Below, piece by piece: positions 11,141 through 25,468 of a stretch of DNA of 64,000 nt. The position numbers and the translations under genes are program-made. The stretch's first letter is position 1; each line of letters starts with the position of its first letter. Under the pieces are notes generated by a model. It saw only the letters and a list, made by a program, of their open reading frames with translations, was not told where the DNA came from and ran no database searches. Location: assembly GCF_018977255.1 (NCBI RefSeq), contig NW_024704742.1, positions 77,130,001 through 77,194,000 on the forward strand. The letters are read 5' to 3'. The DNA comes from Callorhinchus milii (Eukaryota).

Positions 11141-13779
11141 AAATACCTATCTGCATGGGAAAGGGGTCATCATAATTAAACATGGCTTCTACATTCACAA
11201 ATCACCCCTGCAACTGGCCAGCTCATCAGGTCACTGAATATGTTGCTCCCTGTCAATCCACAGGAATTGATTGTAGTGACTTCATTACCCAGAGGTTGGC
11301 CATTTTTACACTGCAGCTGACTTGCAGTATGAATGTGCAATGAATGGGGTCCACACTCCATTTAAGCAGTATTAAGCAAATCTGCCTTATATAACAACGT
11401 GTATTATAACACAGTTATGAAGAACAAGGTGAATGAAGTATTAGAGCAATTTAAAAGACCTATTGATATTGATTGCATTCATAGTGTTGAATCTTAAAAT
11501 AAAGAGAAAAATAACTATCTAGTTGGGTTTTTCAATAGTTTTAATTCACATCAGGAATGCATTCTCATTATCTTAACAAGAAGCTGTCCTGGTGCTTCTT
11601 TGAAATCTGAACATCTGCCAAGGACCATGCAGTGGCACAAGACTCATTGTTAAATAAAGGCAAGACCATATGATAGATGCAGAGTTTATTGCTGGAGCTG
11701 CCAAAGGGAACTGGGTACTATTTTTCCTTTGTTATTAAATAAGTCCAACTCATTTAATAAGTAAGTCCAACTATACTAGAGCCTTCAGACAATGATCTTT
11801 CATTCACTCTGATGCAATGCCAATTCCCAATTCGTCTTGCATTTGCAATGACCTATCCACCAAGTCGCAAGACCAAACGATTAATAAGGTTTGACTCTTT
11901 CTGACAGTGAATATTTAGCTACCTTTACATCATATTCTTTGCAGTTAACTGGGCATCATATTTGCCCAGTTAACTGCATCAGAGTTGAAATGTTACAAAC
12001 TGAAGCGTGCAGCCAATGCCCCAAATTCCTTGCTTACAGGAAATGCTATGCATAAAGTACCAGTGTTATGATGGCTTTAGTGGTACAATTTCAGTTATTT
12101 TTCTTCATTTTGGCTGTTTATTTCTTGCCATATTTGCTGTCTAAATTCCTTAATTTTCCAATTTCAACTTCCATTTGCATGATTTAATCTCTTTATCTGC
12201 ACTTTATTCAAATCTAAAAAAGTGAAACCTCTTTTCGTAATCATAGTAAAGATTACGCAATTGTTTTAATTTTTTTTCAGTCTTAATTTATTGTTTTTTC
12301 TTTTATTGTGTTATGAAAGTTGGACTTTAATAACAAAGGAAAAAACAAATGAATTAAGTTTTCACAGAATAAAAGCTTTATAGAACAGGAAATGTGTATC
12401 TTTAAACATGAATGCACTACTTAAAAAATTTCAAGTAGTGACTGACTCTTTTAAAGCCGTTTAATGAAGAAAGAGTGCAAATACATAATGTAAAGCCCCA
12501 AAATGCTGGAAGAGGGGTTACAATGGTGGTGGTGGGGGTAGGGGGAGGGTTTGATCAGTAAATTAACTTGCACGGACTCCTTGATTTCAGTGATTTTAAA
12601 CAAGATACGACAATATACAACTAAAGTAGCATTACAGTTAGAATTGAAGGTGGAAAAGTGAATGTATCTTAAAATGTTGGTCAAATATTATACAAATGGA
12701 AATTTAGTGATGGTGAAAGGAATTTCCCCCAAAATCTTGAAATGTAGCCCCCAAAACAAAAGGGATTTTTGCTCTTGAAAGTGATGAAATTGTCCCACAA
12801 GATGGAGCTGTTGAACTTCTCAGTTTTATTTCTGTACTGCAACTAATGTAATTCACATTCACATTGTTCTGCTTTCAGAGAAAGGAAGTGTAGGTTTCTA
12901 CAAATGTGCAGGATTGTATTTTTTTTAAACCTGTCCAGTTTGATAGATTGTAATTATACATACCTGGTTATATTATAGGGTTAGATTATGGAATATGTTT
13001 AACTATGGAACAACAGTTTGCCAAAAAGCCTGATGCGACCAGGCAGAAGGTGGCACGTACAGATAAACGTCAGGAACCAATTGTGCATTCACAAAACCCA
13101 CCTTGCCAATTGTCTCCATTAAAATGACTGACTGACTGACATTCTGGCACCTTGCAATCGCTTTGCATTCTTCCAGGTGGGGAGAAACTGATTACAAGGC
13201 ACTGGCATCCGATTGACCATTTTGAACCAGCTCATTTGGTTTGAGGAGAATTTGGTGGCAGTTATGCACACTAGACATATTCTAGGCACAGAATATTTAT
13301 ACAAATTATTGCGATGAGAGTAAACTGGCTGGGGGTGATGGTGAGCTGTTTTTTTGCAGTGTTGTAAATCTGGTTCAAATTTAAAAAGTGCCACAAGGAG
13401 TTTTTCTTTTTAACAAAATCATTTTTGTTCCAAATTTGGCAAGTGGTGTTTCTTTTAAATGTTAAGTTATAAATAATTTTTTTAACTTCTTGCAGATGTG
13501 CAGGTAAAATTGCAGATGAAAATCATCCAGTGGTGACCGCATTGTGTATTTTCCACTTCTTCCTGCAAAGAATTCAGTAAGGCTCTTGGCTGAAATGGGT
13601 ACTTTAAATGATTATCTCTAAGTATATTTCTTGGGGCATCTACCTTAGCCCCCTCCACCCTACCAATAGCAGCCAAGCCATTATGCCATCCCCTAATTCT
13701 AGTGAGCTGGTCTCTACCACCTTTCCTGACAACCTTCCTGATATGAACAATAAGAACAGCACCTACTGACCAACAACAT

Positions 13780-14450
13780 CTATAACAATTTGCATTTACA
13801 TCATGACTCTCAAGTAAGATAATGTCTTGGAGTGCTTTTGAATGGTGGGATCAGAGACCTAATGGGAAAGGGGGAAGGAGAGGTGCACGTGGGCATGGTT
13901 GAAGAGATCGGTTCTAAGCTGGGACTCAGAAAGATAGAAATGTTGCAAGACAGAGGGGAAGTGGGAGGGTGTTCCACAGATTAAGGTTGTAGATTTTAAA
14001 AGCTCGGCCAACAATGGTTGCAAGGATAGGGCAGGCGATGTGCAACAAGCACAGATTTGGTGAGTGGAGGGGGTGAGCAGAGGAGTAGAGTAGGAGGCTA
14101 TCAAAGAGATAGGAAAATGCTAGGGAGTGAAGGGATTTATAGGTGAGGACCTTGAAGTCGGATCTGTTGGAAGCCAGTGGAGTCTGGCAAGTACTGGTTT
14201 CATAGATGTGCAGAGTTTAGTGAGGTGAGGATGTGGGCAGCCAAGTTTTGGATAAGTTGGAGTTTGTGGATGGTGAAGCTAGGGAGACCAGCACGAAGAA
14301 AAGTCTATGGAGAGGTAGCAAAGGCATGGATAGGGGTTTTGGTGTTATTTGATGTGAGATGGAACAGAGTTGAATAAAAGCAGTATTGGCCAGGGCCAGC
14401 GAAAGAAAAGCTGAGGATCAAACTGGATGCCATAATTGTGCAATGATTCA
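13780..14450 (-). mobile_element. Old L2 fragment
   Basis: Degenerate match to L2 3' ORF2 (gtgaggaccttgaagtc...agccagtggag). Confidence 0.65.
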
Positions 14451-15619
14451 GTGAGTTGGAGAGAGAGAGAGGCCAGGGAGATTGAGGAGATCATAGTTGA
14501 AAGTATGTAGACCATTGGTGGAGCCTACTCCCCCCACCTTTATCTCCCACCATGCTTGGGTTCCCACTCCGCTGTAAAACACTTTTGAGGTGTGTTAGGT
14601 ACTATATAAATACAAATTATTGTTGTGTTGCATATTAACATAAATATCCGGTTTTATTTCATTTTGGCTCAAGTCTAGATCAGTTAGACTCTGGAGTGCT
14701 CAGTACTGATGCTAATGCTCAAAACGGGAATTTTTTGTATTTCCTGACATCCTTCAATTTGAAGAACAGAAGATTCATCGAAAGATTTTTAAAATGACAC
14801 TTCTACATACAAAAGAAAAATCTTAACTATTTGAGTCTACAATAATAGGATAATGCAGCAGTGTTGTGGTAGCACTAGTTTATGTCATTGACCTTCTAAG
14901 AGAGATTAATTGTGCCCCCAGATAAATTAATTATTAATTATTTGGATTCTTTGGAGATTGCAGATAGATGATCACTAATCTTATTTCCCATCGGAAATGA
15001 CTGGTCTTCAACTCTGACAGCAACAGATGTATATCCAAAACGTACCAACGAGCACATTAATCCCAACCCTAATTTCAAAGGATTACACTGTTAAATTTTA
15101 CTAGAGAGCAGACACTGCAGGGAATAACTAGAGCAAATGTAGCCATTCATCCAGTTGTTAGAACAGATGTTGGTACCTTCTTATGCCTTCGACATTTCAG
15201 TTTCCAGGCATGGAAATATCTCCCAGGCTTTATTTATATGGATTTATAATCATGGTGTTACTAATAGAAATCACTGATAACATATCATTCAGTTAACCTG
15301 GATATTTGAGACAGGTGACGAGTACTTTGAACAGTCAGATATGCTTGTGTCTGCTGTTAGTGAAGTGTTTTTCTAATTTATGTAACTGTAATTTCCAAAA
15401 TAGGGAAAAATACTAATTCTTCAAACACCAATAACCTAAGGTCATCTTTGTTGCTATGAATATTCTCTTGTGCTATACGCTGTCCATTCTACTCAGTATA
15501 TAGCATTGAATAAGAATTGAATCGTCTTTGAATAAGGATTCCTATAAGAATTCCCCCTCAAAAATAGCCAATACGAGGAAGTGAATTTCAGGAAGAAATT
15601 CAATCAGTGTTTGCTGATG

Positions 15620-15995
15620 ATAATAATAATAATAATCCTTGCATTTGATACAGCATCCCATCATGTCTTTGAGACTTCTCAAAGCGCTTCACGGAATATA
15701 CTGTAAAGTGAATTGGCTATACATTTTGTGGGCAAAATGCGGCAGCCAATTGTGCACAGCAATGTCCCACAAACAGTCGTGGATTGAGTGACCAAATTAT
15801 TATTATTATTGTTTTGAATGAATTATTACCCCTGGAAAAGTGATCTGCCAATCGACTAATGGGTTCCTACTTGCTGCTAGGTAAACCGAGGTGTATGAGT
15901 AAGGAAACTTGTCCAACGTTTCGCCCTACCGGGAATCAAACTCAGGTCCTCTCGCTTGCAAGGCGAATGTTCTAACCACTAAACTACAGGACTCC
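15620..15995 (-). mobile_element. Full-length tRNA-head SINE, long variant
   Basis: Head ...ctaaccactaaactacaggactcc; extra internal block ggaaaagtgatctgccaatcgactaa; (aat)n tail. Confidence 0.9.
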
Positions 15996-18900
15996 ACTTA
16001 AAGACTGTTTACGAATATCACAGATTAGACTCTCGTTTATTTATCTCTTCATCAAAGAGGAAATGTATTCTACAGAAATGCTACTATATAAATAAAACAA
16101 AATGATGGTAATCCATTCCATTACTTGGGGCTTGTAAACATTGCATTTGTTTCCCTCAGTTAACTGCTCACAGTCAGAAATAATTAGTGTGCTTATATCT
16201 ATATTATCTGTGTCTCTAAGCATAAGCCATTTCCCTGATGATTTAGCGGATTAGAGTTTAGAATTAAATCTTGGGCTATCGAGACATAGAAAGTCCTCGG
16301 TAAATCTGGAATTAATTTGTATCTAGTGAGTTCAAATCACATCAACACCAAAAAAAATCATTCTGAAATCCTTATTGCTTGTATTAGGTACAGCAGTTTA
16401 TCAGGTTGAAATGTTTCAAAACAGTATACAGGATGAGCTGCATTGAAATCTAGTGTTACAATCTTGCCTTTTGTGGAAGTATCTCGACCGAAATGCGCAG
16501 TATTGTGGTCTGCTTGTGGTGTGTGGTTAACAAGCCTCATTCTTGCGTCAGCTTCCCTTGCGAAGGTGAGTCACAGTCTGGATTTGGAGCTTATCCCTAT
16601 GAAAGGCGATCAGGTGCAAATCCTTGACTGTCCAGTGCCTTGGGACGTTCTCCCAACGTGAAAGGTGCTATACAAATGTAATTTGGTGTTGCCATTGTCA
16701 CTATGAACCTTAGCAACGTAGACGTATTGATGTTTTGCAGCAAACCTGTAATTTGAAGAAACAGTCGTTAACTTGCTGAATGACAATGAAAACCAAAGCA
16801 ACATATTTCTCTAACTTTTTAAGAACTGACATGTCCACACTCTCTTCAGTTTAATCAACAGCTCTTTTGTTCTCAGTTTTGGTGCTCTCTCCTTAGAGCA
16901 GACAAGTCAATTGAAACTGGTCAGTAAGAGAACATCTTATAAATAGACCAGGAGAAATTCAGCCTTATCAAAATTAACTCTTTAAGAAATTTGTTTCTTA
17001 GCATTTCAGAAAAAACAGAATTCTGAAATCCAATCTAAGTTTTACAGACATGTTTTGCCCACAGTCTTTAAGATGGGACTTGAAACATAATGGGGAAAGC
17101 AAGAAGTCAAGAAAGAGATGATATAGTAATAATCTTAGCATTTTGATATTTAGGAGTCTTGGTATCGAGTGATGCTACTAGTTCGATAGTGTTGCTTATC
17201 CTCATGTGTTTGATTTTTTGGCTATTCATTCCTAAATCTTGGATATGTGAGGCATTAATTAAGCAGTTCTGGTGTACAGAAGGAAGTTAGGGGGGGCTAA
17301 AACACTTAATGCTGAGATAAATCATCGTGAATTAAATAATCCTTGCATTTGATATATGCTGCCTTTGACGTCGAAAGGACTGTGAGTTCACAGCCTTCTG
17401 ACTCAGAGGCAAGAGTCATACCAGCTGAGCCAGGCTGGCATTGGGTCAAAAAAAACACTGTTGATATAGAGCATGGCATTTTAATTACAATTTTCTGGTT
17501 TAAAACGGAATAGATAATTTGGGCATTATAATCCTTGTATTTTTTGATATAGCGCTTTATCACGTCTTTGAGACGTCTCAAAGCGCTTCACAGAATATAG
17601 TAATAATAAACCTTAACGTCTAATGTTTTACAGAGCATCATACGTGCGTGTGTTAGATACGCCAATGTCTTACTTTCTACCAGCAATTCATATTTATTTA
17701 ATTTGCAATGTTATTGGTTTCCTATCTACAATGGATGTCTCCATTGTGGGGAAGTCACTGATCATTACTGTGTATCTTCCTATACTCACCGGCGTCTTGG
17801 GACACCGTCCTGGAGTGAAAGGTGCTATCGTGCTGTAGTGATGCAAGTTGTTGTATATATTGTTTCTTGACTGTTTGATGTTTGTTGTTTCACAGTATTA
17901 ATAAATTCACTGTTCCAGTTTGTGATATATTGAATGAAGATGATAATGATAGATATGCAAAAGCAATTAATTGCCATCATTTAAGTGAAAATGTGCTTTG
18001 ATACATTTACATTGTTGCAAGTTAAACAAAAAAAAGTGTTCTGGGGATTAACTGTCGACTATTTAAAACCTGGTTGATTCCTTTTTATTATTTAACATTT
18101 TGCAAATGAACTTTTGAAGGGATGTGGGGAGGTTGCAAAGGAAAGCACTTGAACTTGTCTTCAAATATATAGAAATGTAGAGTTCTTTAATGCTTAAATA
18201 GCCGTGATTGATACAGTGAATGTGTGACCCCTAGTAGTGTGATAAATGGATCAATTTTACAGAGAACTACTGAACATGCATTTGGAGAAGACACTCTTTT
18301 GCTTAAGACTACTTGGGAAAAGGAATAAAGGAATTGGATAGCTTCTTCAATCACTGTCACTGAACATGCTTCAGATAGGAACATGGAGGATCCGTGTGGC
18401 CCCTGAGCTCTCAACTTGTCACGTTTTAAGGAGGAGTTAGTGGAAATCTTTAACACATTTTGACAGCTGGAGGTATGGCAAAGATCGTGGTGCTGAGACA
18501 GGAAGCACAGAATAATTTGAGGAAATGGAACACTTGACAAAGGAGAATTGGACTGTTCTGAAACACGGCATTTCCTTAATAGAAATGATCTTGAAATTCT
18601 GATCCCAAGGGGATTTAGCTGTCAAGAAAGATATTAGGGAACATAAGCTCCTTTGTGGAACGCAAAGTTTAAGTCGAAACCTCATCTTGCTATAATGCAT
18701 TAAATGGAGTAGATAAGGTAAACGCAGAAGCTATAAAAATAGGACCAGAGGACATACAGTAAATGGAAATAAGTGGAAAAAGTAACTTTAAGACAGATAG
18801 AAATCGGTCGCCTGCAAAAAAAAGTCACTACACTTTACAGTAAAAATCCAGTAAACTGTTATGAGATGCCCTCCTGACATCGGATGACAGGATCATTTAT

Positions 18901-19985
18901 TATTGTAAATGGGCTTTACTCCAAAAAAACATGTTTGAAATAACTAACTAAGAAGATAAGAAGGGCAAAAAAAGTGAGATTAGTCAAAAGTAAAAAATTT
19001 ATGCCATGATGGGAGAGTTAATGCATTGTAGTGAGATTCAGTTGAGCGAATGGTCTTTTCTTATCCTAGCTTTTTTATTCTTCAGTCAAACAATTGACAT
19101 TTAGTTGGGCATTTCAATGAGACAGAATACAGATAAAATCATTATGAATTTACAAGAGATTATATTCCCTCCAAACACTACATTTTATAGTGATTTGTTT
19201 TATGTCTGAAATCCAGCACGAAGACTGCCCCAAGCGTTGTGTATTTGAAGGAGGGAAAAAAATTGTCCCAGTACTAAGTCTGTACTTGATGGACGGAATC
19301 AAACAGACTGTCCCAGCACTAAGTCGGGACTTGAAGGAGGGAATCCTGGAAAATCATATTAATGTTGTTAGGATTCAATAGCTATTTATTTAAGATTTTG
19401 AATGTGTCTAGAAGAGAGAATTAGAATCAGATCACAAGGTTCTGACTTCCTCTGACTTCCTCCAGTGGTAAAAGCCTTTCCTTCATAGTGTTGAAAGGAA
19501 ATCACAATCAGCAGGAGTGTAGTATAATCTCCTTTAGCCTACCTGAGTGCAGAAATAGCAAAATGTATGCTTTTGTTTTACTGCTGACAGCTCCTCTAAT
19601 GTGGGAAACTACCAGCGCCATATCAAGAGGGTAATAGGATACAAATAGATACAGTTGAGTTAAAAATAATAGCTATTGCATTACTGCGCTATTTAAAGTT
19701 CACGACTAAATACCTTTTTAATACGGAAGGATTCAAAAGCTCCTTATTGACTTCACAGATTCAGATTATGTATAGATATAAACATACTATGGAGAGTGCT
19801 TTGCATGTGACGTCTTTACAATAATTCTCTCCTAACAGATTCTCCTCTCCTGTATGTCACTTGTAGTATATACTTAGACTCTGTCCTTAGTCATCTGCTT
19901 TTCCTTATCTATACGATCATTTTTGGTGACCTAATCCATGGGGCATTGGGTCAGATTCCATACATTTGAAGATAGTTACTGCGCA

Positions 19986-20114
<129 letters not shown>

Positions 20115-20739
20115 TTGTGTGTAGGTGTGTTTGGGTGTGTAGGTGTGTTTGTGTGTGTGTTTGTCTATCAACCTTCTCATTGCCAACTGACTGGCCGAGA
20201 CTCTGCAACCTCTGCCTTTTGTTCAAACCTGCGTTTCTTCAAACTCTACGTACAGACTTTGACCAAGATTGCCTTCCTCTATCCAGAATACCACGCATCT
20301 ACATCACGTCTCCCTCCAATACAGCCACAATCCCCCAAGATTAGATTTTATCAATATCACTGGCCTCCATACACACCGGCTCATCCTGAGCTCTCAACTT
20401 TATCCTCTCTCTCATTTCAGGCTCTCACTACCCATCATTCAATCTAAGCTCCATAGTTCAACAGAGGATTAACTTCAAGATTCTTGACTTGAATGTCAAA
20501 TCCTTTCATTCTCTTGCCCCACCCTATCTCTGAATCTTCTCCAGTTTCCTTCTTCTGTAAATATTTTCCACTTTTCCAAGTATAGCTACATATCCCTTAT
20601 CCCTTCCATTTCGGCCAAGAGTGACCAAACTATCATCCGCAATCTGATTATTACGGACCCCCAAAGCACCGGTTATAAAAGGGTCTGGCTCATGTTCTGC
20701 AGGATGCTGCAACTGTTTGACTTTTTATAGAGTAACTAG

Positions 20740-20755
20740 CCACTAGATGGTGCTA
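20740..20755 (+). promoter_or_regulatory. Candidate CTCF site
   Basis: CCACTAGATGGTGCTA matches the CTCF core consensus. Confidence 0.55.
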
Positions 20756-21129
20756 ATAGCAGTGGTTGGCTTTGTAGTGTCAGTGGCAAAGTGAGCCTCA
20801 TATTGGTTGCTGTAGTGTATGCACAAAGCACAGTATTTTCTGCATTTGCTGTTACCAGTATCTGCCTTTTGTTCTTCAGTCTCAAGTTGTTAAGTAAATT
20901 TGTGTGTCTTTCTGGCTGATTGTTGTGTTTAAATTGGCTTCTGCATTTACCCACAAAATACACACAGCCACCTTCACATCACTTTATAGTAGAAAGTATA
21001 TCCTGTGAAACAAACAGCCGTAGAGTGAACGACCAATTTTATTTGGGGATTGTTGGCCCAAGAATGATCGCTGTTGAGCGCTTTGAGACATGTCAGTATT
21101 ATAGATGTTATAAAAAGGCACGTTTATTC

Positions 21130-21565
21130 ATTATAATATCTTTGCATTTGATGTCGCACTTATTAGGTCGAAACAAATCAAAGTGCTTTCCAGGGAATTG
21201 TTAAATGTAGTATTGTGCATTTGTGAATGAACACAGTAACCAACTTGCGCACTGCGGGTCCTGCAAACAGCCATAAGGTGAATAAGAAATTTGTCTGGAC
21301 GATTGCTGGCCAGGACACTGGGAGAAACTCCCTTCTTTACTCCAACACTGTCATGGGATTTTTAACTTCCATCTGAGCAGGCAGACTGGACCTCAGGTTA
21401 ACATCTCATCTAAAAGACAGCAACTCCCAACAATGCAGCAGTCCCACAGCATTGCACTAGATTGATTGTCAGTGTACACTATGAGCTCACATCCCAACGT
21501 GGGGGTTGAACCTACCACCTTCTAACCCAGAGACAAAAGTGCTGCCAACAGAGCCAAGCTGACAC
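21130..21565 (-). mobile_element. DeuSINE-type SINE
   Basis: ggccaggacactgggagaaactcc..gtcatgggattttt core; tRNA-like head gagccaagctgacac at right end. Confidence 0.8.
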
Positions 21566-21645
21566 CTGACATTCATTCATCTAGAAAATGAGATGAAAAC
21601 TTGGCCAGTTTATCAATAATTCTCTTTGTAACTTTTTGTCAACAG

Positions 21646-21689
21646 GATACAACAACAATAGAAAGAATGGCAAATTGTTTTGATGACTT
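21646..21689 (+). CDS. ZDHHC21: ZDHHC21 small coding exon (TTxE motif)
   Basis: tttttgtcaacAG acceptor, GTAAGT donor at 21690; 44 nt; DTTTIERMANCFDD(L); TTxE is a conserved DHHC-family motif; not in ORF track. Confidence 0.93.
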
Positions 21690-22367
21690 GTAAGTATTGA
21701 AGACCAACTGAATTAAACAACAACAACAAAATTCCCCCCATACCCTTAATGGCCCCGTTGATTTCTTTTTAAGACATTTTTCACCACTCCAACCCCCCCT
21801 CAGTTCCTACTCTGTGGCTGTAAAGGAGTAGAATTTATTTTATTCACTTTCCAGTTCCTATCACACAAATTAATATGAAGAGATTTTTTGGCAGACTATT
21901 CCCAGAAAATAAGTCATACACTACATTACGCCAAATGCATATTGTGGGAAACCACTGGAGCAAGTAAATGTCAGATTAAAGATTTCACATTGTTTCTTAA
22001 TTCAAAACGCATTTCGGTTGCTATTGAAAACAGTTGACGATGCTAAGTTGATTTCCTTAAATGCGTAAATTGTTTGAAATGCCCAAGAAATGTTACGAAT
22101 TTTGAAAACCCACCATCCCAAACTGTAAGCTCGACTATAAATAATGTAGAAATATTGTGAAATGAAAGAGACAATTACTGTTTTAAATTCTAATGTTCAG
22201 TACACGGACAGGCGCTGACTCTCTACACGCCTGGTGCTTTGCAAGGATTTAATTTCAAACACGTAATGAGTCGGGAGCCAACAGCGCTACATCAGTCAAG
22301 CTATTGTTCTTATCTGACTGCAATACTCGATGGGAATGCTGCCTCTTTCTAATGCCGTTATCTGCAG

Positions 22368-22500
22368 ATCGAAGCCCACTAAGCCGTGGCAGCAGACCTT
22401 CTCAGAAGTGTTTGGCACTCGTTGGAAGATCCTGTGGTTTATTCCATTCAGGCAAAGGCAACCACTGCGGGCCTCCCACCACCTCGCCAATCATATTTAG
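22368..22500 (+). CDS. ZDHHC21: ZDHHC21 last coding exon (PaCCT-like region, stop TAG)
   Basis: tctgcAG acceptor; TT|A completes Leu, then SKPTKPWQQTFSEVFGTRWKILWFIPFRQRQPLRASHHLANHI*; TAG ends at 22500. Confidence 0.95.
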
Positions 22501-23781
22501 CAGATGGAAGCTGAAGAGATGAATCCTCCTTTGTGGATGTACCTAGCAGGCCTCCCAGTAATAGTCCCATACCCATGTTAGACTTGAAACTTAACAGTCT
22601 CTCCTAGCAACAATATTGGGCTCCAAGTGGCAGTCTTATAAAGGTTCCCTATATGTTTAATGGCTTGTGCAGGCCTTATTTCAGGACTACTCAATGCACA
22701 TGAAATACTACACTTGAAATGCTTTCAAAGTGCTACATTTTACTGAGAATCACTTGCATCAAACTAATTATCAATGTAATCATTTTACTGCTGGGTAGTG
22801 TAGGGATTTTCACCATATAAAACTGGACGACTTTTGGCTGTTTTCTGCCTGATTTGTACACAAGGAGTTAACAGAATGGCTATTTTAAACAAAACTACTG
22901 CAGTGACTGTCCTGCATTTTGTTTGGGAGATTTGGTGAAATCAGCATTTCTGAAATGCTGATGTTTGTGCTTAGCATATTTAGACAGACCTGGTTTTGTG
23001 AAAATGGCAGTCTTGCAATTTATTGTTGATGAATTTGTGAACTGTCCATGTTTTAATCAAAGGGGGAAAAAAAGATGCTGGATCAAGCTGCAGCAAAACT
23101 AACACACAGAGAAAAGCACAATTGTGAGGTCTGGTGCAAACATTCCAATCTACTGCTGCAGTTCTGTATAAAAAGACAAGGTGCAGTGGATGCTTTGTTC
23201 TGGGTTTGTTAAAAATCAATTGTCCTTCCCGAATAACTTTCTTCACATTGTTTAAAAAAAGATATCCACTGATGTAAGCACCTTTCCCTGTCAGTGATTG
23301 ATATATTTTAATGTTCTTTTTGCATTTCCTCTCTTTAACTCATTCAACGTGAATTGTTTGGTTTTATACCAGATGCTGACATGGTTAGGTCTTTTTCTGT
23401 TATTCCTGAACATTCCCACATAACCTCAGCTACCTTTTTGCTTTAAATGTAAGCCAAATGGAAAGAGTTGATCAGTTGCGATCTGACAGCTGGAAATGTG
23501 GAAACACTGTTGGAAGGGATCATGGCATGTCAGCTGTGCCAGGCTTTATTTGCTACAGTAAAGCAAATTTGGCAGTCCAGTGTGGATCGGTTTACAGGGT
23601 CAGCATTTCAAAGTGAGAATGTTATATATACCAAGTGCCTATGATTTGATGACTTTTATTGTGACAGAACGTTTCAGCTTTTTCAGACCAGTTCAGGAAC
23701 CAAAGATACTATGTAGCTGATGGGACAAGATCTAATAATAATATAATTATAATTGTGATTTATTTGTTAAATATTTATTGC

Positions 23782-23787
23782 AATAAA
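23782..23787 (+). promoter_or_regulatory. Candidate proximal polyadenylation signal
   Basis: AATAAA with U-rich upstream and GU-rich downstream sequence. Confidence 0.5.
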
Positions 23788-24016
23788 TTTGTTGTACTCC
23801 GATTTGTTCTAGCGCAGAGTAATCCTAATCCTTTGTTGTGACTATTGCGTGTTGAGTTGCATTGTGAGAATTGTAATAATTCTTTGTCTGCATTCCCATG
23901 TTTTTGTTTGAGAATATCCTAATGTACAGTGCACCTCGTTGTTCCATATACTGCAGAAGGGACTTGCGACCTCGACACCTCCCTGTCTGTCGTGAACTCT
24001 TGGTAATTCAACAAGG

Positions 24017-24197
24017 AAGAACTTTCAGCTGGGTGTAGATGTACTCTCTAAAACATTTTTTATAAAAAAACTGGCTTCAAAGTTAAGACTGAATTCAACA
24101 ATTTGCCAATTTCTGCATTTTCTGAAATGTTAAGAAAATAGCATCCATCTTTAACCCCTCACCATCTCTCCCACCCCCCACCGGTGGAATTTCTCCC
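24017..24197. mobile_element. Palindromic MITE-like element (partial copy in 3'UTR region)
   Basis: ttcaaagttaagactgaattcaacaatttgccaa shared with 40228-40427 and 50660-50850. Confidence 0.6.
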
Positions 24198-25468
24198 TCC
24201 CCATCCCCAAAAGAGGAACCGAGTGCCTATCATTTGGTGGTGGGAAACAACAAAAATTGTTATTAATGACGATGTGCCAGGATTGCTCTAGGAACTTTGG
24301 TGCTTTTTGTTCCATGTTTAAAGTAACCCAATGAGGACCAAAAGTACCTGACTGATTTCTTGCTTTGTACCTTTGAGCTGAATGGGGCAGTGAAATATGT
24401 CCCTCAAGACGATTTACCGGGAACGCGGTGACCCATTCGATGATTTGATTACATTGTCGCTTCATCCTTATCATCTATTGCACAAAACAAAAGTAAGAGT
24501 CCCAATGCAGTCGTGCGCATTGCAGCAGGTTATTTGTATGCTGTAACACCAACATGGCGGTGTTGCATTGACATTGTTGGGCAGCCCAGTTACTGACTTG
24601 GCCAGGGATGGAGCTGCCTGTTGAAGGGATAATAACCCTTTAATATTTCTGTTGCTAAACTATTGTGGCAACCCCCACCCGCCCCACCGAAGACAATATT
24701 CACAGTGCAGGGTTTGCAGTGTGTGATCGACAATCATGTTCTGAGAATTTAACCTTGACATGGATGAGTAAATGTAAATGAAGCAATGTTGGGTGGATTA
24801 TCATTTGGCATCACTCGGCAGTATGTAACCACAACAACAAGTGGTTTGAGGATCACAAAAGCTGACTGTAGAAAGCTTTTATAAATAACAAATAGCCACG
24901 AGTCCCAAACCTTTTTTTTACAGGGGTACAAACAAAACTTAAACCTTTCCAATAAATCCACTATAATATTTTATTGCTTGGTTTTAATGATGCAGGTCTG
25001 TTTTGCTGTAAGTACGAAATTAGTTTGTATTTTGGATTGTGAGGTGTGTTTTTTTTCGCGGAAGCTGAATATCGTTTGTGGAACACACTGTTACAGTTTG
25101 ACCATCATTGCCAACTGAAGTGCTTTCATGAATCAGCCACTTTGAGCTTGTAGTTGTGTGGGTTATAGATGTGTGAGTTTGTATGCACAATATTACACTG
25201 AAATCAATGAGCAAATGATAACAAAATATTGTACTAAATTATAGATGTTTTGGCGACTTAATAAGGCTCTATATCAAATGCAAGGATTATTAGTTATAAC
25301 CCACCTTCTTACTAGTTGTATTTGTTGTTGTACCTCCAGGCTCAATTATTCCAAAGCCCTATTCACTGGACTCCCCAATTCCTCTCTACACAGGATGCAG
25401 ACCATTCAGAACTCTGCACCGAGTGTTCTCTCCCGCACAACGCTCCACCTGCCGATCACCCTCATACT

